A stretch of DNA of 64,000 nt from Myxococcales bacterium (GCA_050118535.1 JASFKR010000002.1:11652-75651), one strand, 5' to 3'. Counted from the stretch's first letter, positions 12,261-20,389 are shown. Made by a program: numbers and translations. The notes: a model not told the origin generated them from the sequence alone.

Positions 12261-13457
12261 CTAGCGGGTCGGCACTTCGCAGCCGGAAAGCAACCGCGGC
12301 CGGGCGCCACTGTCTCGGATGGCTTCGCAGCTCTGGGGGCAGGGGAAAGCCCAGCCCGGGGCGTCCGGGTCGTCGAAGTAGAAGCCGGCGTCACCACCGC
12401 ACGCGTCGGCGCCCGACACGCGCGGCAGCGGCTCGCCGGAGCCCGTGACCGACAGCGCCAGGGTGTCGGGTGCGGCTGCGAGATCGGCGGGCACGGCGTA
12501 CTCACAGGGCTCCGCCTCGACCTGCACCGCCAGCAACGCGTCGACGATGTCCTCGGAGGGCGCCTGCAGGTCGATCTGATGGGCGCTCTCGGTGCCACCG
12601 GAGGCCGCGATGGCGTCCAGCGGACCGATACGGTCGGTGGGATCGAAGGGGTTGGGAATGTTGGGCGTGGCCAGGGCGATCACGTGCGTCTCGATCGACG
12701 GGAAGTTCAGCAGGCCCTCGGCGGCCACCGATTCCAGGCTGTCCGGCGTGGTCAGGCAGCTCAGGTCGGTCGAGAAGCCGTCGGTCACGAACACGACCGC
12801 CTGCTTGGTCGTCGGGTCGGCGTTGGCCTGGGAGCGGGCGTAGATGATCGCGCCCTCGAGGGCCGGCAGCATGGGCGAAAACTGGAAGGGCAGCGGCAGC
12901 TCCTCGGCGATGCGGTCGGCGTTGCCCGGCAGTGGTCCCATCGGCACGGTGGGCGCCGCGTAGCGCATGGGTTCACATTCGATGCCGAAGTAGCGGACGC
13001 CAACCCGCGTTCCCGCCGCCCGCGGGTGCTCCGCGTAGCCCACCAGCGCGCTGGTGAGGTTGTCCCAGCCGGCGGTGAAGGGCAGCGTGATGTTGCTGTC
13101 GACCATCAGATAGAGGCCCAGCTGCCGGTTGGTCGCCTCCTGCGCCCGAAAGGCGCACTCGCCGGACGGCGTGGTGATGGGCGGCGCGCTGTCGCCGTCG
13201 GCGGCGTCGCTGCCCACCGGTCGCGTGGGCGAAGCCGTACCGCTCGTCGCGGTCCCGCCGGAGGGGCTCGGCCCGCCGTCGCCCGCGCTGCCCCGGGTCG
13301 GGGCAGGGACCATGTCGGCGGCGTCGCTTCCGGACCCGCCCGGCTGCTCGAGGGGCGCCTCCATGTCCACGGTGCCCACCGTGTGCTCCACGTCTTGGCA
13401 GCCGAAAGCGGCGAGCAGCGCGAGCGCCAGCAGACGGCCAGCCGTCTGCCGGGCCAT
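12261..13457 (-). CDS. Lipoprotein with a vWA-like domain; first gene of the ABC-2 operon
   Basis: I trimmed ORF 12261..14120 to the ATG at 13457, which follows GGAGAG. The signal/lipobox reads MARQTAGRLLALALLAAFGC. A vWA-like beta strand reads AVVFVTDGFSTD. It ends 14 nt before the ATPase start. Confidence 0.7.
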   Translation of the reverse strand: MARQTAGRLLALALLAAFGCQDVEHTVGTVDMEAPLEQPGGSGSDAADMVPAPTRGSAGDGGPSPSGGTATSGTASPTRPVGSDAADGDSAPPITTPSGECAFRAQEATNRQLGLYLMVDSNITLPFTAGWDNLTSALVGYAEHPRAAGTRVGVRYFGIECEPMRYAAPTVPMGPLPGNADRIAEELPLPFQFSPMLPALEGAIIYARSQANADPTTKQAVVFVTDGFSTDLSCLTTPDSLESVAAEGLLNFPSIETHVIALATPNIPNPFDPTDRIGPLDAIAASGGTESAHQIDLQAPSEDIVDALLAVQVEAEPCEYAVPADLAAAPDTLALSVTGSGEPLPRVSGADACGGDAGFYFDDPDAPGWAFPCPQSCEAIRDSGARPRLLSGCEVPTR

Positions 13458-13608
13458 CCAAAAGCTCTCCGAATCGCTCGCGATTCTCACCCTTCGCCAC
13501 CTGCCGGACGCCACCCGGCGCCGCGATCCGTTGTAGCATGGCCCGACCGAGGCTTCCCCTCTCCCGGGCGGCGGTGGACCGGCCGACCGCGCCTGGGCTC
13601 TCGCGGGT

Positions 13609-14709
13609 GTGATGCGCGTATATCGACAGGGTCGCGGCGTGGTGCTGGCGACGGTGCTTTGGCTTGGGGTGGCTCCCGCGGCCGCCCAGCAGCCGTCCCG
13701 GACCGACGGGACGGATCCCGGGGCGGCAGCCCTCGCGCGGGCGCCGTCCCAGCCGCCCACCGCGGATTCGGCCCCGCCGCCGGCGCCGGTCGAGCCGCAG
13801 CACCCGCAGGTTCCGCTGCACGAGCGGATCGCGGTCGAGCCCGGGGCCACCTGCCTCGACCGGCGCCGGTTGATCCGGCGCGTGGCCCGCTGGCTGGAGC
13901 GCGACCGGATCGACGCCCGCATCCACGTTCGGGTGCGAGGCGACGAGGAGCGCGCATTCGGCGTCACCTTCACCGTCGAGCGCAGCGCCGACCACGAGCG
14001 CGCGGCCGTGCGCACCATCCACGACGCTCCCCACGACTGCGACCAGCTCCACTCGGCGCTCGCCCTGTCCATCGCGCTGGCCATCGATGCCACCTTGCTG
14101 GAGATGGCCACCGCCGCCAAGGCCGAGCCGCTGCCCGACGACGAGGAGCTGTTGGGCCCGGCGGAGCCCGAGCAGCCGCGCTACCTGCGCCTGGCCGCGG
14201 CGCTGCTGGGGCAGGCGGGCTCGGGGGTGCTGACCGGCGTGTCGCTGGGCTTCGGAGCACGCTTCGAGCTCGGACCGGCCCCGTGGCTCGACCTGCGCCT
14301 GGGCGCGTTCTACACGGGCGTCAGCGGCCAGGAAATCGGCTCCCTGGACGGCCAGTTTTCGGCCGACGTGCTGGCCGGGCGGCTCGACGTGTGCGGCGTG
14401 GTGCAGCCGGCCGACGAGCTGCGGATGCTCGTGTGCGGCGGCGTCGGCGCGGGGCGCTTCCACACCCGCGGCGAGGGCTTCAGCCCTTCGACCGAGCAGA
14501 GCGAGCTGTGGGTGGCCACGATCTTCGGGCTCGAGGCCCAGATCCGGGCCGCCGACTGGCTGCACGTGGCCGTCGGCGTGGATCTGCTGCTGCCCACCGC
14601 CCGCCGGCGCATCCAGGCGGTATCCCCAGGTGGGGAGGTGGCGGACGATGTCACCGTGACCTCCGCCGGGATCGTGGTAGGCGTGGGGCCCGTTTTCCGG
14701 TTTTTCTAG
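13609..14709 (+). CDS. Secreted protein with a beta-barrel-like C-terminal half (putative outer-membrane protein)
   Basis: The signal peptide reads ...VVLATVLWLGVAPAAAQQ. The C-terminal half has alternating hydrophobic/Gly-rich strands and ends ...GVGPVFRFF, a terminal aromatic typical of OM barrels. Confidence 0.55.
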   Translation: MMRVYRQGRGVVLATVLWLGVAPAAAQQPSRTDGTDPGAAALARAPSQPPTADSAPPPAPVEPQHPQVPLHERIAVEPGATCLDRRRLIRRVARWLERDRIDARIHVRVRGDEERAFGVTFTVERSADHERAAVRTIHDAPHDCDQLHSALALSIALAIDATLLEMATAAKAEPLPDDEELLGPAEPEQPRYLRLAAALLGQAGSGVLTGVSLGFGARFELGPAPWLDLRLGAFYTGVSGQEIGSLDGQFSADVLAGRLDVCGVVQPADELRMLVCGGVGAGRFHTRGEGFSPSTEQSELWVATIFGLEAQIRAADWLHVAVGVDLLLPTARRRIQAVSPGGEVADDVTVTSAGIVVGVGPVFRFF

Positions 14710-14778
14710 CTTCTGGGCTTGCGAATTCGCACTTCGCTCGCGTTTGGCCCTCGAGGCGTGAACAATTGGGGCCACCGC

Positions 14779-15396
14779 ATGACGGATCGGCGCGCGCCAA
14801 GCATTAAGGGAACAGGAGGAGCTACCTCGCCGGTGGCGGAAGATGGACACCTCAGCGCGGCAGACCTGTTCAAGCAGTATGCGCGCTTCGTGGCCAGTTT
14901 CCTGATCCGGATGGGAATCTCGCGCTCCGACCTGGACGACGTCATGCAAGAGGTCTTTCTCGTGGCCCACAAGATGGGCGGATATACGCCGGGGCCGGCC
15001 AAGCCGACCACGTTTCTGGCGAATATCGCTTTCCGGGCCGCCACGACCCATCGCCGCAAGGGCAAGGTCCGCTCGTTCGTCTATGCCAACGACGAGCTGG
15101 TGGGGGCCGCCCCCGGGGACGATGCGAACCCGGAGCGCAGCGCGGACAACGTCCAGCGTCTCGAGCTGCTGCAGCGCTGCCTGGATGAGCTCGACGATGA
15201 CAAGCGTGCCATCTTCGTGATGGCCGAGATCCAGGGCGAGACGGTCGTGTCGATCGCCGAGGGCCTCGGCATCCCGGTGGACACCGCCTACTCGCGGCTG
15301 CGCGCCGCCCGCAAGCTGTTCAAGCAGGCAGCCCAGAAACTCTCTGACGAGGAGCCGTCGGCGCTCGCACCGAGCGTCCAGCGGGCCGGATCATGA
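14779..15396 (+). CDS. ECF-type RNA polymerase sigma factor (sigma-70 family); start uncertain (14719, 14779 or an internal GTG)
   Basis: Region 2 reads DLFKQYARFVASFLIRMGISRSDLDDVMQEVFLVAH. Region 4 HTH reads SIAEGLGIPVDTAYSRLRAARKLF. Confidence 0.85.
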   Translation: MTDRRAPSIKGTGGATSPVAEDGHLSAADLFKQYARFVASFLIRMGISRSDLDDVMQEVFLVAHKMGGYTPGPAKPTTFLANIAFRAATTHRRKGKVRSFVYANDELVGAAPGDDANPERSADNVQRLELLQRCLDELDDDKRAIFVMAEIQGETVVSIAEGLGIPVDTAYSRLRAARKLFKQAAQKLSDEEPSALAPSVQRAGS

Positions 15397-16541
15397 CCAA
15401 GCGTCTGCAACCCCTCATCGACGATCCCAACGAGCCCGAGCTGGTTCGCGATCTGGTCGCGGCCGGGCGGCAGGACGTCGTCGAGGACTACGACTACAAC
15501 GGCGGTCTGGTCGCCCTGCTGGCGAACATCGAGGCCGGCGCGCCGATGCCCGACTGGGCTCAGGACATGGTCGGTCCGGGAGCGGGCACCGGCGGCGGAG
15601 CGGGCGCAGGCGCCGGCAGCACGGGCGCGACCGCGGGCGGCGCTGCCGCTGGCGGTGCGGCCGCTGCGGGGGGCGCCGCGACGGCCGCCAGCACGATCCT
15701 GGGTTGGGTCGTGGCGCCGCTCGTCGCCGCGGGCGTGGCCGCCGTGGCCGTGCTGGGCACGGGCGAGGCGCCAGCCGAGCAGCCCCGCGGGCCCCGGACC
15801 CCGTCGGAAGCCCCGGCGGTTGCAGTGCAGCGGCCCGAGGCAGCCCCGAACGAGGAGGCCCGCCCCGAAGAACCGGCCGAGCCAGTCGAGGTCGAGCCCG
15901 AGGCCACCCCGACCGATGCGCGCCAGGCGGTTCGCCAGCCCGAGCCGCGCCCCGAGTCCGCGAGCGAGCCGTCGGTCGAGCGGCCCGCGCGCGCCCATGC
16001 CGAGACCCGGGAGCCGGCGCAGCCGCGGGCCCACCAGATGGCCAAGGGAGCGCAGGGCAAGGCGGCCCCGTCCGGGAAGGCGATGAACCTGGACGCCCTG
16101 ATGGCCGCCCCCGTGGACGACGACCGCGCCGAGCAGCGGGTCAAGAGCCCGTCGGAGCGCGCCCTGTCTCGCGCGGATGAGCCCGAGTCCGCCGCCGAGC
16201 AGCCGCCCACCGAGGAGCCGGCGCCCGAGGTGCGCGGCGAGCCCACACGCCCGGCCTACGACGATGCCCGACTCGAGCGCGAGATGCGCATGCTCAAGGT
16301 GGCCGAGTCGGTGCTGCGCACGAACCCCTCGCGCGCGCTGCGTCTGGCGCGGCAGGGTGAGAAGGAGTTCCCTGGGAGCATGTTCACCCAGGAGCGGCAG
16401 CAGGTGCTTCTGCTCGCGCTCGTCGAGCTCGGGCGGATGGACGAGGCCCGGCGTCTGGCCAAGTCCTACCTGCGCAAGTACCCGAAGGGACCGTTCAGCG
16501 ATCGCGTGCGACGCGCGCTCGCGACCGGGACGGTTCGCTGA
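15393..16541 (+). CDS. Anti-sigma-like membrane protein (A/G/P/E low-complexity region plus a TPR-like C-terminus)
   Basis: An ATGA overlap joins it to the sigma gene. A TM segment reads ILGWVVAPLVAAGVAAVAVLG. The C-terminus reads ...EARRLAKSYLRKYPKGPFSDRVRRAL. The function is inferred from position only. Confidence 0.55.
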   Translation: MTKRLQPLIDDPNEPELVRDLVAAGRQDVVEDYDYNGGLVALLANIEAGAPMPDWAQDMVGPGAGTGGGAGAGAGSTGATAGGAAAGGAAAAGGAATAASTILGWVVAPLVAAGVAAVAVLGTGEAPAEQPRGPRTPSEAPAVAVQRPEAAPNEEARPEEPAEPVEVEPEATPTDARQAVRQPEPRPESASEPSVERPARAHAETREPAQPRAHQMAKGAQGKAAPSGKAMNLDALMAAPVDDDRAEQRVKSPSERALSRADEPESAAEQPPTEEPAPEVRGEPTRPAYDDARLEREMRMLKVAESVLRTNPSRALRLARQGEKEFPGSMFTQERQQVLLLALVELGRMDEARRLAKSYLRKYPKGPFSDRVRRALATGTVR

Positions 16542-16607
16542 CGGGCTTACGACCCCCATCCCCGGTCGACTGCGGTGCTGTACCCGCGTGCCGGGAAAGG
16601 AGCACCC

Positions 16608-17894
16608 GTGTCTCTTCGAGCCTTCCTCATCTTGATCCTGTGTCTGGCCCCGACCGCGGCCTGTGATTCCAGCTCCGACTCCGACGACCCCTCCGCGGGC
16701 GACGGGAGCGCCACGGGCGATGTGGCGGGGCCCGACGGCTCCACCAGCGAGGGCGGCGCCGCCGGTGGTGAGGACACCGGGGGCGGCGACGGCGGCGACA
16801 CGGGTGCGGCTGGCAGCAGTGGCGGCGATGGTGACGGCGCTGCGACCGGCGCGGGCGGAAGCAGCGCTTCGGGCACGGCGGGCAGCGGTGGCGACCCGGG
16901 CGCGTCCATCACCGTGCCGCTCGACGAGCTTCCGGGCGCGTTCGCGACGGCGGTGTGCGATGCGCTCGAGGACTGCATCGGTTCGTCGGCGCTGCGCGAG
17001 CTGATGCGCCGCGAGGACTGTGACGCGCGTCTGGGCGCCGAGCTCGAGGCCTCCGACTTCGCCTACCTGGGCATGGCCGTAGACGCCGGCGGCATCCTCT
17101 ACGATCCGACCAAGCTCGCCGCCTGCCAGGCGGGCATCCGCGAGATGGGCTGCAGCGTCCTGCGTGACAGCTTTCCCCAGCCCTGCGTGGACGTGCTCGT
17201 GGGTAATGTGCAGCCGGGCGAGGAGTGCGCGATCAGCGCCGAGTGCGCGGGCACTGCTTTCTGCGCGGGCGCCGACAGCTGCCCCAGCACGTGCACCGAG
17301 CTGCTGGAGGAAGGCGCCACGTGCGATGCCGACAGCCAGTGCGCCGATGGCCTGCGATGCGTGGTCGACGTCTGCGGGGCGCCCTCGGCAAACGGCGAGG
17401 ACTGTGGCGGTGACAGTGGCAAGGTCTGCGAGCTCGGGCTCAGCTGCAGCGGAGGCGGCGAGACCGAGGTCGGAAACTGCGTGCCCAACGCCCAGGTGCA
17501 GGTTGGCGACGCGGGCGACGTCTGCGAGCCAGGTGGCGACCTCTGCCAGGACGGTCTGTCCTGCGTCTTCGACGGCGCCACCGGTTTCGTGTGCGAGGGG
17601 ACCGTAGAGCGGGACGGTGCCTGCCATCTCGGCCTGCCCAGCCAGTGTCCGGCCGATCAGTACTGCGACACGACCGAAGTTACCGAGGAGAGCAATTGCG
17701 CCGACCTTCCGGGAGATGGCGAGGCCTGCGTGTTGAGCGGCCTGTGTGCGGGAGGCCACGCGTGCGTCGTCGAGGATGGCTCGCCCGTGTGCCGCGCCCT
17801 GCAAGACAACGGCGGAAGCTGCGGCAGCGCGGCCCAGTGTCGCAGCGGCTTCTGCGAGGGGGGCGAGTGCGTGCCTCCGCCCACATGTCTCTGA
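16608..17894 (+). CDS. Cys-rich repeat lipoprotein
   Basis: The GTG at 16608 follows AAAGGAG. The signal/lipobox reads SLRAFLILILCLAPTAAC, followed by a D/S/G linker. Repeated CxxxxxC...GLxC modules follow (e.g. CDADSQCADGLRC, CEPGGDLCQDGLSC, CGSAAQCRSGFC). Confidence 0.7.
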   Translation: MSLRAFLILILCLAPTAACDSSSDSDDPSAGDGSATGDVAGPDGSTSEGGAAGGEDTGGGDGGDTGAAGSSGGDGDGAATGAGGSSASGTAGSGGDPGASITVPLDELPGAFATAVCDALEDCIGSSALRELMRREDCDARLGAELEASDFAYLGMAVDAGGILYDPTKLAACQAGIREMGCSVLRDSFPQPCVDVLVGNVQPGEECAISAECAGTAFCAGADSCPSTCTELLEEGATCDADSQCADGLRCVVDVCGAPSANGEDCGGDSGKVCELGLSCSGGGETEVGNCVPNAQVQVGDAGDVCEPGGDLCQDGLSCVFDGATGFVCEGTVERDGACHLGLPSQCPADQYCDTTEVTEESNCADLPGDGEACVLSGLCAGGHACVVEDGSPVCRALQDNGGSCGSAAQCRSGFCEGGECVPPPTCL

Positions 17895-17920
17895 GTTAGA
17901 TTCGCGCGTAGCGCGTCCAG

Positions 17921-17961
17921 AGGCCCGCCTTCGAATCGGAGGCGGGCCTTTCGCTTTCTTG
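17921..17961 (+). terminator. Rho-independent terminator after the lipoprotein gene
   Basis: Perfect 10-bp stem aggcccgcct (17921-30) / aggcgggcct (17940-49) with a 9-nt loop, followed by ttcgctttcttg. Confidence 0.65.
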
Positions 17962-18031
17962 AAAAGCCGGTGCGAAAAAGTTGGCCAATCGATCACAGAT
18001 GGGACGGCCCGCCGCATTAAGTGAGTACAAC

Positions 18032-18075
18032 CCGTCGGCGACACGAACCGCGTTCCCCACGTGACTCGCCGACGG
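18032..18075. promoter_or_regulatory. 10-bp perfect inverted repeat in the leader/promoter region of the GG-peptide gene
   Basis: ccgtcggcga (18032-41) pairs with tcgccgacgg (18066-75) across a 24-nt spacer. It is followed by aactttttc and lies 64 nt upstream of the peptide ATG. Confidence 0.35.
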
Positions 18076-18138
18076 AACTTTTTCGGGTGGCCTGAGCGGT
18101 CACCAACCAGCAAGACCGAGCCACCAAGGAGCAATACG

Positions 18139-18399
18139 ATGAACGACTTCGAGATGATTGATGACGCGGCCCTCGACAACGTCACCGGCGGTTTGAGCCT
18201 CAGCTTCGGCAGCCTCAGCGTCGACGCGACCCTCGGCGACGGCCTCTCGGTGGAGAGCGACCTGGGCTCGCTGTCGGTGGAGAGCCCCATCACCATCGCC
18301 GAGAACGTCTTCAGCACGGCGACGGGCGCCATCAGCGACCTGCTGTCCGGCTTCGGCACCGCGCTGACGGACCTGGGCAACCTGTTCATGTTCTCCTGA
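18139..18399 (+). CDS. Double-glycine-leader precursor peptide (18-aa leader plus 68-aa acidic Ser/Leu/Gly-rich core)
   Basis: The ATG at 18139 lies 8 nt after AAGGAG (18125-30). The leader is MNDFEMIDDAALDNVTGG, with hydrophobic residues at -4, -7, -12 and -15 and GG at -2/-1. The gene sits directly upstream of a C39-peptidase ABC exporter. Track ORF 18061..18399 is the same frame with an implausible upstream GTG. Confidence 0.75.
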   Translation: MNDFEMIDDAALDNVTGGLSLSFGSLSVDATLGDGLSVESDLGSLSVESPITIAENVFSTATGAISDLLSGFGTALTDLGNLFMFS

Positions 18400-18407
18400 A
18401 TCCGACC

Positions 18408-18440
18408 GGCGGCGCCGCGGCTTTGACCGCGGCGCCCGCC
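18408..18440 (+). other. GC-rich hairpin immediately after the peptide stop codon
   Basis: ggcggcgccgcgg (18408-20), loop ctttga, then ccgcggcgcccgcc (18427-40). This gives a 13-bp stem with one bulged C. Confidence 0.6.
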
Positions 18441-18456
18441 TCTTGGACTCGAGGGT

Positions 18457-18493
18457 CAGGTACGGCAGTAGCGTACCTGGCCCTTTCTTTTTG
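18457..18493 (+). terminator. Rho-independent terminator between the peptide gene and the export genes
   Basis: Stem caggtacg (18457-64) / cgtacctg (18472-79) with loop gcagtag, followed by gccctttctttttg. Confidence 0.6.
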
Positions 18494-18530
18494 CCGGCGA
18501 CCATCCCGGTTGACTAGAATTGACGGATAC

Positions 18531-19445
18531 ATGAACGAGAGCCGTATCGTCGCGCTAGCCACCCTGCCCATGCTGGTCGGCGCCGTGTTGCTGATCGGGC
18601 TGCGGCGTCCCGACCCCGCGGTGCGGCACTCGGGCGGGCACGTGAAGCAGCGGGCGGCGTCCGATGATGGACCGGGCGGGGGCGGGGACGCGCAGGACGG
18701 ATACCTGGGTGTGATCGTGTCCGGGTACAGCGCCGACGTCGGCGTCGAGTTCGGCGGCAGCGTGGTAGAGGTCTGGGACAGCGTCGGCGCGCGCGTTTCC
18801 GAGGGCGACCGGCTGGTCAAGATCGATCCCCGCAGCGCCGGCAGCGACGTGAAGGTCGCCCGCGCCCAGCTGGCGCAGCAACGATCGGCGCTCGAGCGCG
18901 CTCGGGTCGAGCTCGCCGAGGCGCGCGACGTCCTCACGCGCCTGTCCGCCATGAAGGACGGGGTCTCGGAGCGCGCGCTGGTGGCTGCCCGCGCCCGCGA
19001 GCAGCGCGCGCTGGCCGCCGTCGAGGAAGCCGAGGCCGGCATCGGCATGCAGCAGGCACGACTGGGGCAGCAGGTGAGCCGCAGCGAAAAGCACGTCATC
19101 CGTGCACCCTTCGACGGCATCCTGGTGGCGCGCTTCGTCGACCCGGGCGATGTGGTGGTGCCCGGGCAGGTGGTGGTGCGCGTCATTACCGAGGATCACT
19201 ACGTGCGCTTCGCGGTTCCGACCGACGCCGCACGTCAGCTGTCGGAGGGCGCGCGCGTGCGCGTTCGGCTCGATGGGGCGGACCGGGAGCTGCACGGGCG
19301 TGTGACCGATGTGCAGCCCGAGCTCGACTCGGCGGCCCAGATGGTCTTCGTGCGCGCGCGGCTGGAGATGGCCGCCGGGCAGGCCGCCCGGGAGCCGATG
19401 GCAGGCAGCCGCGTTCGCGTGTTTCCGGCGGGGGAGGGCGATTGA
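18531..19445 (+). CDS. Membrane-fusion (periplasmic adaptor) protein, RND/MFP type
   Basis: I trimmed the track ORF to the ATG at 18531 (MNESRIVALATLPMLVGAVLLIGL, an N-terminal TM). It has a lipoyl-like strand (GDRLVKID), a long coiled-coil hairpin (ARAQLAQQRSALERARVELAEA...) and HVIRAPFDGILV...VDPGDVVVPGQ. Confidence 0.75.
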   Translation: MNESRIVALATLPMLVGAVLLIGLRRPDPAVRHSGGHVKQRAASDDGPGGGGDAQDGYLGVIVSGYSADVGVEFGGSVVEVWDSVGARVSEGDRLVKIDPRSAGSDVKVARAQLAQQRSALERARVELAEARDVLTRLSAMKDGVSERALVAARAREQRALAAVEEAEAGIGMQQARLGQQVSRSEKHVIRAPFDGILVARFVDPGDVVVPGQVVVRVITEDHYVRFAVPTDAARQLSEGARVRVRLDGADRELHGRVTDVQPELDSAAQMVFVRARLEMAAGQAAREPMAGSRVRVFPAGEGD

Positions 19446-20389
19446 AGGTGGCGGAGCAGTCCCTGTTTCGCAGCGAGGCCCTCGAGCACCACCGGCGCGG
19501 CGGGGCGCGCGGCGACGTCCTGCACCTGACGCCGCGCGCCATGTTCTGGACGCACTGGCTGCTGCTGCTCGCGCTCGCAGCCGCGGTCTACTACGCCTTT
19601 ACCGCCGAGATCGACGAGTACGCCACGGGGCCCGCGGTGGTGCGCATCGACGGCCTGCGCGAGCTCGCCGCCCAGCGGCCGGGAGTGGTCGCAAGCGTGT
19701 CCGTGGACCCGGGCCAGCGCGTGGCCGAGGGGCAGCTGCTGCTGCGCATGCACGCGGCGTCGGAGACCGCCGAGCTGGAGTCGGTCGAGAAGGAGCTCAG
19801 CGACCAGCTCGCCAAGCTGCTGCGCGATCCGGCGGATGCGACCGCCCGGGCCGCCATCGTTTCGCTGCGCTCGCGGCGGGACCTGGCTCGCGCCAACCTG
19901 GCCCGCCAGGAGGTCCGGGCGCCGGAGGCCGGCGTGGTGGGTGACGTGCGCGTCCGCCCGGGACAGCTGGTGGAGCCGGGCATGCCCGTGATCACGTTGA
20001 TGATCGGCGGTGGCGGTGCGCGCGTCACCGCGATGCTCCCGGGTCACCACCGCCCGCGGCTGTCGCCGGGCATGGACCTGCGCTTCGTGGCCGACGGCTT
20101 CGAGCGGGTACCGCAGATGCTGACCATCGAGCGCGTGGGCGACCAGATCGTCGGCGCCTCGGAGGCGGCGCGCTTTCTGGGGCGGGACCTGGCGGCATCG
20201 CTTCCGATGGCCTCCGGATCGGTGGTGCTGGTGCACGCGCGGCTCGATCGGCTCGAGTTCGAGAGCGATGATCAGGTCTATCGCTTCCATCACGGCATGC
20301 ATGGTCGCGCCGAGACCTCCGTGCGTCACGAGAGCCTGGCCTACACCTTCATCCCCGGTCTGAAGCAGGTCATCGACAATGTCCGCTGA
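19442..20389 (+). CDS. HlyD/CvaA-type bacteriocin secretion accessory protein
   Basis: The TTG start overlaps the upstream stop (TTGA). The N-terminus ...SLFRSEALEHHRRG matches the LFRxEALE opening of CvaA/LcnD-type accessory proteins. A TM segment reads FWTHWLLLLALAAAVYYAF. It also has EVRAPEAGVVGDVRVRPGQLVEPG. Confidence 0.8.
   Translation: MKVAEQSLFRSEALEHHRRGGARGDVLHLTPRAMFWTHWLLLLALAAAVYYAFTAEIDEYATGPAVVRIDGLRELAAQRPGVVASVSVDPGQRVAEGQLLLRMHAASETAELESVEKELSDQLAKLLRDPADATARAAIVSLRSRRDLARANLARQEVRAPEAGVVGDVRVRPGQLVEPGMPVITLMIGGGGARVTAMLPGHHRPRLSPGMDLRFVADGFERVPQMLTIERVGDQIVGASEAARFLGRDLAASLPMASGSVVLVHARLDRLEFESDDQVYRFHHGMHGRAETSVRHESLAYTFIPGLKQVIDNVR

Noticed and set aside
12210-15051. ORFs 12210..14807 (+, 865 aa) and 12973..15051 (-, 692 aa).
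   Set aside because: They cross several better-supported genes (a vWA lipoprotein with a lipobox, a secreted barrel protein, an ECF sigma) in other frames or on the other strand. Their composition is dominated by R/A/G/P.
18074-18110. An ECF-type promoter for the peptide gene (GGAACTT at 18074-80).
   Set aside because: Only the -35-like half is present. I found no CGT/GTC-type -10 at the expected 16-17 nt spacing, since the nearest GTC is about 20 nt away. I kept this only as a weak hypothesis.
18061-18138. The upstream GTG start (18061) of the peptide ORF, which would add MTRRRNFFGWPERSPTSKTEPPRSNT.
   Set aside because: This start has no RBS, and the region overlaps the inverted repeat/leader structure. 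The internal ATG at 18139 has a well-spaced AAGGAG and yields a canonical 18-aa GG leader.
15288-18389. The 1033-aa minus-strand ORF covering the sigma/anti-sigma/lipoprotein genes and the GG-peptide gene.
   Set aside because: It lies antisense to four plus-strand genes that have clear motifs, RBSs and terminators. It has no recognisable domain and is a shadow ORF.
18510-18530. TTGACT...TTGACG as a promoter for the adaptor gene.
   Set aside because: The hexamers lie 5-21 nt from the ATG at 18531, which is too close for a -35/-10 promoter with a translatable leader. They are probably chance matches.
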